In this document: piece by piece, positions 1 to 10,234 of the stretch
How the letters are laid out: every line of letters begins with the position of its first letter
How positions within the stretch are numbered: position 1 is the stretch's first letter
Assembly: GCA_964424355.1 (NCBI GenBank)
Contig: CAYRIO010000014.1
Span: 2,890-66,889 of the forward strand
DNA length: 64,000 nucleotides
Source: an uncultured Peptostreptococcaceae bacterium
Lineage (GTDB): Bacteria; Bacillota; Clostridia; Peptostreptococcales; Acidaminobacteraceae
Reading direction: 5' to 3'
The notes under the pieces: generated by a model
Database searches by the model: none
The model's input: only the letters and a program-made list of their open reading frames with translations
What the model was told of the DNA's origin: nothing
Program-made: the position numbers and the translations under genes

Positions 1-1
1 C

Positions 2-712
2 AAGCCCATGATTCAAGTCGGTGGCAGACCGTTGCTCTGGCATATCATGAAAATCTATTCCCACTACGGCATTAAAGAATTCATTATTTGCCTCGGCTAC
101 AGGGGCAATGTCATCAAGGATTATTTTTTGCACTATGAGTCCCAGAACAGCGATTTCACAGTAGATTTGAAGAAAAAAAGCATCGAATATCACAGCAACC
201 ATTGTGAAGACGACTGGAAGGTTACATTGGTTGACACCGGTCTGGATACGTTGAAGGGTTCTCGACTGAAGCAGGTGGAGGAATTTTTGGATGACGATGT
301 CAACCTGCTGACATATGGAGACGGCTTGGCAGATATCAATATCCTGGAGACCCTTGAATTTCATAAGAAAACAGGAAAAGTCATCACGATTTCCGGGGTT
401 CACCCCCCGGCAAGATTTGGGGAGCTGATCGCCGATGGTGATATCTTGACTTCCTTTGAAGAAAAGTCACAGACCTCACAGGGCTTGATCAATGGGGGCT
501 ATATGGTATTCAATAAAGAGCTTTTAAGCTATCTTTCGGCGGATGCCTCGTGTGATCTTGAAGTTGGCGTATTGGACGCCCTGGCAGGCGAAGGCAAGGT
601 TGCGGTATTTCGACACCAAGGTTTATGGGCCTGTGTGGACCATGAGCGTGACTTAAACTACCTTGAATCCGTCTGGCGAAAAGGCAGCGCTTTCTGGAAA
701 AAATGGGGTTAA
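2..712 (+). CDS. rfbF: glucose-1-phosphate cytidylyltransferase, 5' end cut by the window edge
   Basis: The frame is open from the window start. The sequence GGRPLLWHIMKIYSHYGIKEFIICLGYRGNVIKDYF and the C-terminal WACVDHERDL...FWKKW match the RfbF/DdhA family. Confidence 0.9.
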   Translation, partial: KPMIQVGGRPLLWHIMKIYSHYGIKEFIICLGYRGNVIKDYFLHYESQNSDFTVDLKKKSIEYHSNHCEDDWKVTLVDTGLDTLKGSRLKQVEEFLDDDVNLLTYGDGLADINILETLEFHKKTGKVITISGVHPPARFGELIADGDILTSFEEKSQTSQGLINGGYMVFNKELLSYLSADASCDLEVGVLDALAGEGKVAVFRHQGLWACVDHERDLNYLESVWRKGSAFWKKWG

Positions 713-741
713 TGTGGGCATACAAAGGATAGGTGTTGACG

Positions 742-1941
742 ATGAAAATTCTGATGGTCAACAAATTCTTGTTTCTCAACGGCGGATCTGAAACGTATAT
801 TTTCAAGCTCGGTGACTATCTGGTCTCACAGGGCCACGCGGTTGAGTATTTTGGTATGGACCATGAAATGAGAATGGGATCCAATAGCGCAGATGCTTAT
901 GTTTCCACTATGGATTTTCATACCCATAAGCTGCAACGGTTGCTATACCCCTTCAAAATAATCTATTCTGTCGAAGCCAGAAAAAAAATCAAAGCCGTAC
1001 TTGAAATGTTCAAGCCAGATGTCGTCCACCTGAACAATTTCAATTTTCAGCTTACGCCATCCATCCTCTATGAAATCAAAGCTTATGAACGGAAGAATCA
1101 ACACCCTATCGCCGTCGTTTACACGGCTCATGACTATCAGCTTGTCTGTCCAAACCATATGATGCACATCCCCTCTTCAAAAGATAACTGTGAACGATGC
1201 CTCGATGGTCGTTACAGGCACTGCGTGCAATTCAGATGCATTCATAATTCCCTGACACGCAGCCTCATTGGGGCCTTCGAGGGATATCTGTACAAATGGC
1301 TGGGTACGTACCGCTTGATAGATCATGTAATTTGCCCTTCCATTTTCATGGCGGGAAAGGTTGCTGCTAACAGCGCCTTAAAGGGTAAAACAGTGGTGCT
1401 TCATAATTTCATCTCGAAGAGTGAAGCCGTTCATCCGGAAAAGGAACGCTACGTTCTCTATTTTGGCCGTTTTTCAGAGGAGAAAGGCATAAAGACACTC
1501 CTCTCGGCCTGTAAAGCCCTTCCCCACATTCCTTTTGTGTTCGCGGGATCCGGGCCCCTGGAGCAAGCTCTATCCAACCTGCCAAATATCAAAAATGAAG
1601 GCTTTCTGACAGGAGACGCTTTGGAAACGCTCATTAGAAAGGCCAGCTTCAGCGTCTACCCCTCTGAATGGTATGAAAACTGTCCCTTTTCTGTGATGGA
1701 ATCTCAAATGATGGGGACCCCTGTCATTGGCGCCAATATCGGCGGCATTCCTGAGCTGATTGAGGATGGTGTCACAGGGGATTTGTTCACCAGCGGCAGC
1801 CCGGACTCCCTGAAGACAGCCATCGAGCGTTTGTGGAATGACGCGGATACCCTGAACCTCTATACCCGGAACTGTTTGACAAAGAAGTTTGTTTCACTGC
1901 CTGAATACAGTGATCAATTGATGAAGACTTATGATACCTGA
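742..1941 (+). CDS. GT4-family glycosyltransferase
   Basis: The ATG at 742 follows GGATAGGTG. The N-terminus MKILMVNKFLF..GGSETY and the C-terminal EGFLTG..PSEWYENCPFSVMESQMMGTPVIG resemble the GT4 E-x7-E region. The 733 GTG given in the ORF track sits inside the RBS. Confidence 0.85.
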   Translation: MKILMVNKFLFLNGGSETYIFKLGDYLVSQGHAVEYFGMDHEMRMGSNSADAYVSTMDFHTHKLQRLLYPFKIIYSVEARKKIKAVLEMFKPDVVHLNNFNFQLTPSILYEIKAYERKNQHPIAVVYTAHDYQLVCPNHMMHIPSSKDNCERCLDGRYRHCVQFRCIHNSLTRSLIGAFEGYLYKWLGTYRLIDHVICPSIFMAGKVAANSALKGKTVVLHNFISKSEAVHPEKERYVLYFGRFSEEKGIKTLLSACKALPHIPFVFAGSGPLEQALSNLPNIKNEGFLTGDALETLIRKASFSVYPSEWYENCPFSVMESQMMGTPVIGANIGGIPELIEDGVTGDLFTSGSPDSLKTAIERLWNDADTLNLYTRNCLTKKFVSLPEYSDQLMKTYDT

Positions 1942-1969
1942 TCCCCTTAGAGAATCGGGAGGTCTTTTT

Positions 1970-2995
1970 ATGACAAAGAGAACCTTGTACGGTACAGTTA
2001 TCGTCACATATCGCTGCAACGCACGCTGCACGATGTGTGACTGCTATAAGTTCCCCACGAGTCCCAAGGAGGAAATTTCCCTGGAGGTCATCAACAAGCT
2101 TCCCGAAATGGCATTTACAAATATTACCGGCGGGGAGCCGTTTGTGAGACAGGATCTTCCTGAAATTGTCGAGGCATTGTATAAGAAAACAAATCGGATC
2201 GTTATTTCAACCAATGGCTATTTTACCGATAGGATTCTGGATCTGTGCAAAAGGTTTCAGAACATTGGCATCCGGATCAGCCTTGAGGGTTTGCGGGAAA
2301 CCAATGACCAGATCCGAGGCATCCCAAACGGCTTTGAACGCGGTTATCAGACCTTGAAAACCTTAGTGGAAATGGGCCATAAGGACGTTGGCATGGCAAT
2401 GACCGTTCAGGATCAAAATTGCATGGATCTTGTGCCGCTCTATAAAATCTCAGAGTCCCTTGGAATGGAATTCGCTACGGCAACCCTTCACAACTCCTTC
2501 TATTTCAGAAAAAACGACAACAAAATCGACAAAAAATATCTGGTTGCTAAAAACTTTGAGCTGCTGATCAACGAGATGTTAAAAAGCAATGCGCCCAAAC
2601 AGTGGTTCCGAGCTTATTTCAACCATGGATTGATCAACTACATCTATGGTAATCCCAGGCTTCTGCCTTGCGACATGTCCAAAAATGCATTTTTTATTGA
2701 TCCCTACAGTGATGTCGTGCCATGCAACGGCATGAAAGAAAAGGCTGTCATGGGCAATTTGAAAGCACAGACTTGGGAGGAGCTTTGGCACTCAGAACAA
2801 GCAGACAAGGTCCGGCTCCAGACCAAATCCTGTGGTAGAAATTGTTGGATGATCGGAAGTGCCTCCCCGGCAATACATCAATATATTTGGGTGCCTGTCT
2901 GGTGGATCATCAAGCACAAGCTTTTCTTGAAGAACACTTACAGACTTGAGGAAAATGCCTTTATCACGGAATCTCCAGAGTCTGATTCTCTTTAG
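1970..2995 (+). CDS. radical SAM enzyme with a Cys-rich SPASM/twitch-like C-terminal domain
   Basis: CNARCTMC is a CxxxCxxC motif near the N-terminus, and GGEPF follows it. Distal cysteines occur at LPCD...VVPCNG...KSCGRNCW. The ATG at 1970 follows GGGAGG. Confidence 0.85.
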   Translation: MTKRTLYGTVIVTYRCNARCTMCDCYKFPTSPKEEISLEVINKLPEMAFTNITGGEPFVRQDLPEIVEALYKKTNRIVISTNGYFTDRILDLCKRFQNIGIRISLEGLRETNDQIRGIPNGFERGYQTLKTLVEMGHKDVGMAMTVQDQNCMDLVPLYKISESLGMEFATATLHNSFYFRKNDNKIDKKYLVAKNFELLINEMLKSNAPKQWFRAYFNHGLINYIYGNPRLLPCDMSKNAFFIDPYSDVVPCNGMKEKAVMGNLKAQTWEELWHSEQADKVRLQTKSCGRNCWMIGSASPAIHQYIWVPVWWIIKHKLFLKNTYRLEENAFITESPESDSL

Positions 2996-3194
2996 AAGAC
3001 TGGTGAGAAAGGACTCTTTCGTCTTGTCTTCGCGAGTGCAGCGCGGCGATCTCTCCCTGGGATTGTAATATAGTAATTGCAATAGCTTTAAGGGAGAGGT
3101 TGCCGCGTCGGCTTACGCCTCCTCGCAAAGACAGATAAAGACGTAAGCACAGCGTTTGTAACCGGTCTTTTGGCGGCATTTTGAATAGAATATG

Positions 3195-3256
3195 AAAAGC
3201 GGTGCAATTCCTCCGGTGTATTCTGACCTGACACCATAAGGATTGTACCGCTTTTT
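3195..3256. terminator. bidirectional rho-independent terminator between the radical SAM gene and the epimerase gene
   Basis: The arms AAAAGCGGTGCAATTCCT and AGGATTGTACCGCTTTTT pair, with an inner GGTGT/ACACC stem. T-runs flank the hairpin on both strands. Confidence 0.7.
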
Positions 3257-3824
3257 ATTTATCCTGTGTGAGACCTTTCAGATACCCTTTGAAGCTGGGA
3301 TGGTTCAGATCCCGCTCGGATATGATCAGATCCTCTCCAATTAAGTGGAGCGGCCAATCAATGGACAGCTCCCGATCACGCCACAATATCCCCGTGTCAT
3401 GGGGCTCGCTGTATTTGTCGTTACATTTATACACCATGACCGTGTCGTCTTCCAAGGCCAAAAATCCATGGGCAAAGCCCGCTGGAATATAAATCATCGC
3501 GTGATTTTGAGCGTTCAAATAAAATCCTTCCCATTGACCAAGCGTCGCTGAGTCCAGTCTCAGATCTACGGCCACATCGAAAACCGCCCCTTGAGTCACT
3601 CGGATCAACTTTCCCTGAGGGTGCTTCGTTTGAAAATGCAGGCCCCTTAAGGTACCCTTCCTTGACATGGACTCAAAGCTCTCATAAAGATCAAAACGAA
3701 TCCCGTTTTTGATAAATTCATCTTTTTCAAAATCTTTGATGAAGTAACCGCGTTCATCCTGATGACAGTGCGGTTGTATTAATACTAGACCTTCAAGGGA
3801 TGTCTTTTTAAATGAAAATGCCAT
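3255..3824 (-). CDS. RmlC-type 4-keto-6-deoxyhexose 3,5-epimerase (cupin fold)
   Basis: At 189 aa it has the family's size. GLVLIQPHCHQDERGYF..LRGLHFQ...KLIRVTQGAVFDVAVDLR...GFAHGF are typical RmlC family motifs. Confidence 0.85.
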   Translation of the reverse strand: MAFSFKKTSLEGLVLIQPHCHQDERGYFIKDFEKDEFIKNGIRFDLYESFESMSRKGTLRGLHFQTKHPQGKLIRVTQGAVFDVAVDLRLDSATLGQWEGFYLNAQNHAMIYIPAGFAHGFLALEDDTVMVYKCNDKYSEPHDTGILWRDRELSIDWPLHLIGEDLIISERDLNHPSFKGYLKGLTQDK

Positions 3825-3855
3825 GTCTAACCTCTCCCTCTATGTGACATCATCT

Positions 3856-4899
3856 CTACTCAAAATAAGATTTGATCTGCTCATCCATAACCCTGTTGGC
3901 TTCTGCACTACCTAAGTACGCTTTATACCACTCAATTGTTCTTCCCAAAGCCATATCAATATGCCACTGGGGTCTCCAGCCCGTGGCACTTTTGATCTTC
4001 GAGCAATCCAGCTTCAGATAATTCGCTTCGTGGGGTCCTTGAATGGGATCACTGAACCATTCCAGACCTTCTCCCCATTTCTCGCAGAACAATTTTGCCA
4101 GAGCGCCGGTGGTTTTGACATCTTCCTCATCCGGTCCAACATTGTACGCCCCTTCATAGCGCCGGTCGTTAAACTGCATTTCGGCAATCATCAAATAGGC
4201 GCCAACAGCCTCCAGGACATGCTGGTAAGGCCTGATGGAATTGGGATTTCTGATGAAAATCCGTTCCCCCTTAGAAGCCGCCCGGACGCAGTCGGGTATG
4301 ATTCGGTCTGGCGCGAAGTCGCCACCGCCAATCACATTGCCGGCCCTTGCCGTTGAAATACTCAAATCCCTGAGATCAAAAAAAGCTCGCTTATAGCACT
4401 GTGTAATCATATCCGAGCAGGATTTGCTGTTTGAATAGGGATCAAATCCATCCAAAACATCATTTTCTCGATAGCCCCAGGCCCATTCCTTATTCTCGTA
4501 AACCTTGTCAGTTGTCACGTTGACGACCGATTTCACTGTATCACAGGCCCTGACAGACTCCATGAAGTTAACCGTCCCCATGATATTGGTCTCGTAGGTC
4601 AAATGAGGGTCCACGTATGAGGCCCGCACAATGGCTTGAGCCGCCATATGAAGCGCAATTTCCGCACCGGACGCCCGCATGCATTGCCTGAGGGAAGCCA
4701 GATCCCGGATGTCACCGATGACAGAAAACATCTCCTTTTCACACCCCGTGATCGAAAACAAATCCGGCTCAGTGGGCGGATCAAGAGAATAGCCTGTGAC
4801 CTCGGCCCCGGCGTTTATCAACGCTCTGCACATCCACGCGCCTTTGAAGCCCGTATGTCCGGTGATAAAAACCTTTTTCCCCTTGAAAAATTCAAGCAT
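3856..4899 (-). CDS. rfbG: CDP-glucose 4,6-dehydratase
   Basis: KKVFITGHTGFKGAWM is a Rossmann motif, and YSNSK is the SDR catalytic motif. The C-terminal half is RfbG-like. The ATG at 4899 lies 6 nt after GAGGTG. Confidence 0.9.
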   Translation of the reverse strand: MLEFFKGKKVFITGHTGFKGAWMCRALINAGAEVTGYSLDPPTEPDLFSITGCEKEMFSVIGDIRDLASLRQCMRASGAEIALHMAAQAIVRASYVDPHLTYETNIMGTVNFMESVRACDTVKSVVNVTTDKVYENKEWAWGYRENDVLDGFDPYSNSKSCSDMITQCYKRAFFDLRDLSISTARAGNVIGGGDFAPDRIIPDCVRAASKGERIFIRNPNSIRPYQHVLEAVGAYLMIAEMQFNDRRYEGAYNVGPDEEDVKTTGALAKLFCEKWGEGLEWFSDPIQGPHEANYLKLDCSKIKSATGWRPQWHIDMALGRTIEWYKAYLGSAEANRVMDEQIKSYFE

Positions 4900-4959
4900 T
4901 TTGCTCACCTCGCCTTCCCTGCCGTCCTACAGTTAGACCCACCACTGATGATTATTTGT

Positions 4960-6075
4960 TCAAGCCCGTATAAAGGCCTCAATCTCCCCTGCGATTGTGT
5001 CAATATCGAACAACTTGTCTGAAACCTTTCGCACGTCCATCGGATCGTAATCCAACCGCGCCATTCGCGCCAGAACAGAATGAATCGTTTCACCTAAAGC
5101 TTCTGGCGTCATTTCCTGAATAAAAAAGCCGTTTTTTCCCGCCACCACATATTCGTCAAAGCAGCCCACGGGATTAACGATGACCGGCTTGTAATAATAA
5201 TTTGCGATTTGAATCGTTTGAGTCCCTGTCGCATCCTTATAAGGCAAAATCACAGCCTTGGCCTTGACAATGAATTCTGCCAACGCCCTGTTGGACACAT
5301 AGGTATCTATGAAGGTGACATCCCTGTCATTTTCCACGCCGCGCTTCACCCATTCTTTCAATTCTCCCCGGCCGCCGATTATCAGAATTTTGGCCGCGCG
5401 CTTGGACTTGTGAAGATATTGATTGGCCTCAAGCAGTAGATCAATACCCTTGTAAGCCTCCAGCCTTCCATAAAAGACCAGATCATATTCTATTTTCACT
5501 TGCCGCTGCTCAACCGCCTTCCTCAGATCCGGAAATTCCATTACTGGCATCCCTGGCAGCCTCACGGAGACCAGCTTCGCATCTTTGAAGACCGGATGGT
5601 TTTCTACAATCTCCGCCTTTGCTTTTTCGTACGATAAAATACAGGTGGCATGCTTGGCATAATAAGGGTACGTGAATTTTCTTATAAACCGGATCACCCC
5701 CTGCTCTCCGGAATGATGCTTCGGATCATGAATATATACCGTCGTCTTGATTTTTCTCAAGGCCGGGATCATCAAGTGAATCAAATTGGGCCATTCACTG
5801 TCGCTGTAGATAAAGATCCCCTCAACACCCTCCTGCCTGACCACACGGCCGAGCCTCATATAAAAGCTTAGGCATAGCAGCTTGGATGTGATCTTCCCTT
5901 TATCCCTGAAGTCCTCCACGATTACCCGGTGAAGATTCCCGTCAAATTCCTCCCGGCTGCAAACACCGGGAATGACAGCAATCACTTGGCTCTTGGCGCT
6001 AAAGTGATTGACTAGCCCCACATAGCCATCCACAATGGCATTTCTGTTATTAGAAGCACAAATGGTCATAATCAT
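4960..6075 (-). CDS. glycosyltransferase (GT4-like)
   Basis: The FYGRLEAYKGIDLL...LPYKDATGTQTIQIA region resembles GT-B fold transferases. The start overlaps the upstream stop by 4 nt. Confidence 0.75.
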   Translation of the reverse strand: MIMTICASNNRNAIVDGYVGLVNHFSAKSQVIAVIPGVCSREEFDGNLHRVIVEDFRDKGKITSKLLCLSFYMRLGRVVRQEGVEGIFIYSDSEWPNLIHLMIPALRKIKTTVYIHDPKHHSGEQGVIRFIRKFTYPYYAKHATCILSYEKAKAEIVENHPVFKDAKLVSVRLPGMPVMEFPDLRKAVEQRQVKIEYDLVFYGRLEAYKGIDLLLEANQYLHKSKRAAKILIIGGRGELKEWVKRGVENDRDVTFIDTYVSNRALAEFIVKAKAVILPYKDATGTQTIQIANYYYKPVIVNPVGCFDEYVVAGKNGFFIQEMTPEALGETIHSVLARMARLDYDPMDVRKVSDKLFDIDTIAGEIEAFIRA

Positions 6076-7247
6076 GGCTTCACCTGACTTCCCAAACTGA
6101 GAACCGCTTCAATTTCTTTCGCAACGGCATCGTTGAACCCCTGAACATATGTGTATCCAGAATCCGCGATTTCTTTCAGATGGGATTCATCTGTCATCAG
6201 CTGTATAATCGCTCTTGCAAACACCTCCGGCTCATCTGCAATGATAAAGTTGCTGTCATTGTCACTGTCCAGGCCCATCGCGCCATTGGAGGAGGTGACC
6301 AGAGCCCTGTGATAAGCCAGTGCTTCAACGCACTTGATTTTAAGACCCGTGCCCGACTCGATCGGATTAATCACAATATCCGCCATGGCGTATGCGGTTT
6401 CCAGCTCGTCCACCAGTCCGATCGATGTAATCCCCGCCGCCTCATAGCGAAGATGCCGGCTGACAGTACCAGCGATGATCAGTTCAGCATCATTGAAACG
6501 CCCCCTGACGATTGGGAAGATCTTTTCAACAAAATACTGAATGGTTCTGATATTCAACAGATTCCCCGAAGCAAGAAATAACATCTTCCTCGGATGTACC
6601 AGCGGCAATTTTTTCAGGACCAGTTGATGACCAATGACTTTCACCGATCTCAAGCCCTCCACCATCCGCTCAAAGACCTTGCCCTCCTCCGCTTGAATGG
6701 CAATGATGACATCCGACCGCCTCAGCCCTTTCATCTCGTCCTGCTCTGAAACGGAATACCACCGGTAGGGCTTTCGGTCCTTGATATAGAGCTTGTAACG
6801 ATCCGTGAATCTGTCATGGGTATCCAATACCTTCAGTTTTTCAGCACCGAACCCCTCAAAAATCCTGCTGAAAAAAACGTACTCTACCCAGATCACATCA
6901 TAATGATGGACCTCATCCAGGGATTTGATGAATGCCACGGTTTTTCTGGAACAATAATCATCCAGCCCGTTGTTCACATAAAATAGGAACTGCCTGTCGG
7001 TAAACCTTTTTACAAAGCGTCTCACTGCACTGAGTAAATCGCCGCTGTATTGAAATTCGAGGGAATGATAGTGACTCTCACCCACAAATTGCTTATCCTT
7101 CTCAAAATCCCCTTCTTCCATCCTCACATGCAAAAAGTCGATTTCATGACCGGTTTCCTGAATTGCCTGATAAAGGTTTCTGATGCGCGCTCGGTTGCCC
7201 TGATCGGGCGGATGCATCGGACATGGCGAGATCATAAGAATCTTCAT
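6072..7247 (-). CDS. glycosyltransferase (GT-B fold)
   Basis: The N-terminus MKILMISPCPMHPPDQGN follows GGAGGGGG, and ESGTGLKIKCVEALAYHRALV lies in the C-terminal half. The longer start at 7307 in the ORF track is unlikely. Confidence 0.75.
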   Translation of the reverse strand: MKILMISPCPMHPPDQGNRARIRNLYQAIQETGHEIDFLHVRMEEGDFEKDKQFVGESHYHSLEFQYSGDLLSAVRRFVKRFTDRQFLFYVNNGLDDYCSRKTVAFIKSLDEVHHYDVIWVEYVFFSRIFEGFGAEKLKVLDTHDRFTDRYKLYIKDRKPYRWYSVSEQDEMKGLRRSDVIIAIQAEEGKVFERMVEGLRSVKVIGHQLVLKKLPLVHPRKMLFLASGNLLNIRTIQYFVEKIFPIVRGRFNDAELIIAGTVSRHLRYEAAGITSIGLVDELETAYAMADIVINPIESGTGLKIKCVEALAYHRALVTSSNGAMGLDSDNDSNFIIADEPEVFARAIIQLMTDESHLKEIADSGYTYVQGFNDAVAKEIEAVLSLGSQVKP

Positions 7248-8676
7248 CGCTGACCCCCTCCTCATTACCCTGAATGGCCTTTCTATACTCGAATTCCATG
7301 AAGGCAAAGATTAAGCCCATATAAAACAGCGCCATGCTCTCCTGAAAGAAGAAAATCATTAAGCTGTTAATTAAAATCGCCCCATTGCACAGCAACGGAA
7401 AAAAAATACGTTGATCCCTTTTATAGATCCGCCATGAGATTATAAAGGCATTGGCCAGCAGTTGGAACGCCACCAAGCTCCCGAGAATGCCATACTGATA
7501 AATATATCCCACGATGCCCGTATCCACCGTATAATGCCAAAATTCAACGCCGGATAGATAGTAGGCCTTTGGAAACCCTATATTGAGGGAACCCCAACCC
7601 AATAGCCAATGGTCCTTTATGTTTTCAGTAAAATACAGCACGGCATTCGATCTGATTCCGGCATTTCCAGAAATCGTGAATATTTCTTTTAACGTATCCA
7701 TCACTAAATCAAACCTCGGCGCTTTCCCCAAGAGATACAACGCAATCAAAAGAGCTGAAATCCCAAGGGTTAACCATACCAGAAAAGCCAAGACAAGGCG
7801 TCTTGGAATACGCTTCTGAAGAATCACCAGGGCTATCGCAATCAAAATCACTGTCGACACGGTTATGAAGCGGCTTTGCGCAATAAAAAGAAAGGTGTGC
7901 ATCTGCACGAGCAGCGCCACAATATAGGCGTAGCGTTTCATCCCTAATTCTTTTCCCGATTTGGCGATTAGCTCATTCAGTGTTACGAAGGCACAAAACA
8001 GCATAAACACGGTGAATTCCGTAAAGCGCAAATTGCCATTCCTGAATCGGAAGTCTGTCACGAGAAAAACATAGCTCGGATAGAGCCAAGTCTGGAGGAT
8101 GTAAATCACACCCGCCACGAGTGAGGAATAGATGAATAATGTCTTGAATTTTTCATAGCGACTGATTTTTTCAATGAGAAAACACGCGAAGAAATAAATC
8201 AGAATCATGGCAGGGAGCAATAGATTGTAGGCCCCTTTAATCAATGGCTGACCCAGCGTGAAATATGCAGTGAAAATCGAAAGGATCTGATACCCCATAA
8301 ATAAAACCACGCTCTTGAAAAGCAGAAAATGACTTTGGATAATTCTCGGCAGGTAGATGATGAACATCCCCATCAGAAAGAGACCTGTGAGCTGCTTCAA
8401 ATCGTAAATGAAAACCAGTCTTGAACGATCGAAAATATAGAAGAAATTTTCAACCATGAGAATCAGCGATAAGAAAATAAACGCTCTGATATTTTTAGTC
8501 AGAACAAATGCCAGCCCGATGCCGAGAGCCAGGACTAGTGCAATACCAACCATGCCAGCCTGATAATACAGCACATATGAAATGAGGATCATCAGGGTGA
8601 CTGCCAGCAGCAAAAAAAGCGTTTTAAAACGGTTGATGAGTTGAAGGGCTTTTACCAGGCCATATTCCATACACAT
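7144..8676 (-). CDS. polytopic membrane protein, O-antigen polymerase/ligase-like (Wzy-like)
   Basis: It has more than 10 predicted hydrophobic helices and lies between the flippase and a glycosyltransferase. Its start overlaps the wzx stop in a TGATG arrangement. The 3' end overlaps the next gene by about 100 nt. Confidence 0.65.
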   Translation of the reverse strand: MCMEYGLVKALQLINRFKTLFLLLAVTLMILISYVLYYQAGMVGIALVLALGIGLAFVLTKNIRAFIFLSLILMVENFFYIFDRSRLVFIYDLKQLTGLFLMGMFIIYLPRIIQSHFLLFKSVVLFMGYQILSIFTAYFTLGQPLIKGAYNLLLPAMILIYFFACFLIEKISRYEKFKTLFIYSSLVAGVIYILQTWLYPSYVFLVTDFRFRNGNLRFTEFTVFMLFCAFVTLNELIAKSGKELGMKRYAYIVALLVQMHTFLFIAQSRFITVSTVILIAIALVILQKRIPRRLVLAFLVWLTLGISALLIALYLLGKAPRFDLVMDTLKEIFTISGNAGIRSNAVLYFTENIKDHWLLGWGSLNIGFPKAYYLSGVEFWHYTVDTGIVGYIYQYGILGSLVAFQLLANAFIISWRIYKRDQRIFFPLLCNGAILINSLMIFFFQESMALFYMGLIFAFMEFEYRKAIQGNEEGVSDEDSYDLAMSDASARSGQPSAHQKPLSGNSGNRS

Positions 8677-10139
8677 CAGGCTCCTTTTAGCGAAGCGATG
8701 CCCTTTAATACTTTATGAAGCAGAGCGCTGTCAATTTGCTTCGTATAAAAGTAAACGCAATAAGTCGATACGACATACAGGGTGCCATATACAAAGAAAT
8801 TCAGAATATCCCCCAGAGGCGCCAGATATGAAATCCAGGCAAATAATCCTGCCATACCACTGGACGTCATGATGATTTTGAATAGGCGCTTGAACTCAAA
8901 AATATCTGTCAGTTTTATTTTTGTGAAGTGAATCACGGCGAAAATCTCCATCGCATTGACGACATACTGGATGATGACTGTGGCTATCGCCGCGCCGATC
9001 ATCCCGAAAAATCTTATGAATACCAAGCTGAGAATGATATTGCTCACAACGCCGATAAAGGAGATTAAGGCAATATATCGCTTTTTATCAATGACTATCA
9101 ACAAGTGGCAGTAAATTGTAAAGGTAATCATGAATCGCAGCAGATACACCCGCATGATGGGAACCGAATCCAGGTAGCGCTCAGAAAAAATGAAGCTGAC
9201 ATATCCCTCGGCAAAAATCATGAACAGCCACATGAACGTGATGAGGATCAACGCGGTGTTGGTTGCGGCATTTCTCCAAATTGACAACCCATCCATAAAG
9301 GATTTTTCTTTTGTCTCTTTTGAAAGCCTGGGGAATATGACAGACCCGACAGTTACCGTTAACAATTGGACGATCGGGATATTCATGGCGCCATTGTTGT
9401 AAATGGCATATGCCTCAGGGGGGAATCGCGAGGAGATGATCAACTGATCCACGTAAACGTTTAAAGTAATCATAATGAGTGAAATGCCCATAGGGAATGA
9501 GAATCTGACCAGCTCTTTGAGGTATATCCAGTCAAAATTCAGCCGGAACGACTCTTTTTTAAGGATAATCCCAAAAAACACGACACTTTTGATCAATTCA
9601 AAAATTGCGATTTCAATGATTAAATACAATTCGTTTTGGGACAATAGGATAATGGCTACGGCGATCAAATAATGAATCGTATAGGAAACGATTTGAAGCT
9701 TGCCCAAAAGGACCGCCTGCCCCGCGCTTAAGAAGAGACTGTCTAAAAGGCTCTCAAGGGTATAAATGAAAGTCAGCGCTGCAATAATGGGCATGTAGTC
9801 ATTCAGGCGGCTATTGTTCAGGAACTGCCCCAAGGTGTTTCCAGACAGCAGCAGCAACGCCACCACCGGAAGGATGACCATGAGCTTGATCACGATCATG
9901 TTCGTGATCAGCTGATCGCGCTTCACCTTCTCTATGATTCTGTAGTTGTATGAGATTGTCTCATTCATGCCCAGCAGCAGGATCAGATTGATGGTATTGG
10001 CGATCAGCAGGACTTGTCTGTATGTCCCGTACTCCGTTGTCGACAAATATCTGGAAATCAGCATTACAAATAGCAGAGCCAACACGCTTTGATATGTCTT
10101 CCCGAATAAGCTGTAAGCTGACTCCTTCAACAGTGACAT
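8676..10139 (-). CDS. wzx: Wzx-type oligosaccharide flippase (MOP superfamily)
   Basis: It is 487 aa with about 12-14 hydrophobic helices. The N-terminus SLFGKTYQSVLALLFVMLISRYLSTTEYGTY is typical of polysaccharide biosynthesis flippases. The RBS is AAGGAGG. Confidence 0.8.
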   Translation of the reverse strand: MSLLKESAYSLFGKTYQSVLALLFVMLISRYLSTTEYGTYRQVLLIANTINLILLLGMNETISYNYRIIEKVKRDQLITNMIVIKLMVILPVVALLLLSGNTLGQFLNNSRLNDYMPIIAALTFIYTLESLLDSLFLSAGQAVLLGKLQIVSYTIHYLIAVAIILLSQNELYLIIEIAIFELIKSVVFFGIILKKESFRLNFDWIYLKELVRFSFPMGISLIMITLNVYVDQLIISSRFPPEAYAIYNNGAMNIPIVQLLTVTVGSVIFPRLSKETKEKSFMDGLSIWRNAATNTALILITFMWLFMIFAEGYVSFIFSERYLDSVPIMRVYLLRFMITFTIYCHLLIVIDKKRYIALISFIGVVSNIILSLVFIRFFGMIGAAIATVIIQYVVNAMEIFAVIHFTKIKLTDIFEFKRLFKIIMTSSGMAGLFAWISYLAPLGDILNFFVYGTLYVVSTYCVYFYTKQIDSALLHKVLKGIASLKGA

Positions 10140-10234
10140 TTCATACCCTCCTTACTGCAGCCTACCCATATCCGGTCAGCATTGTGAAAAAAGGATACAT
10201 TTGCCCCCACATGCATTCCGATGCCCCAGAATGA

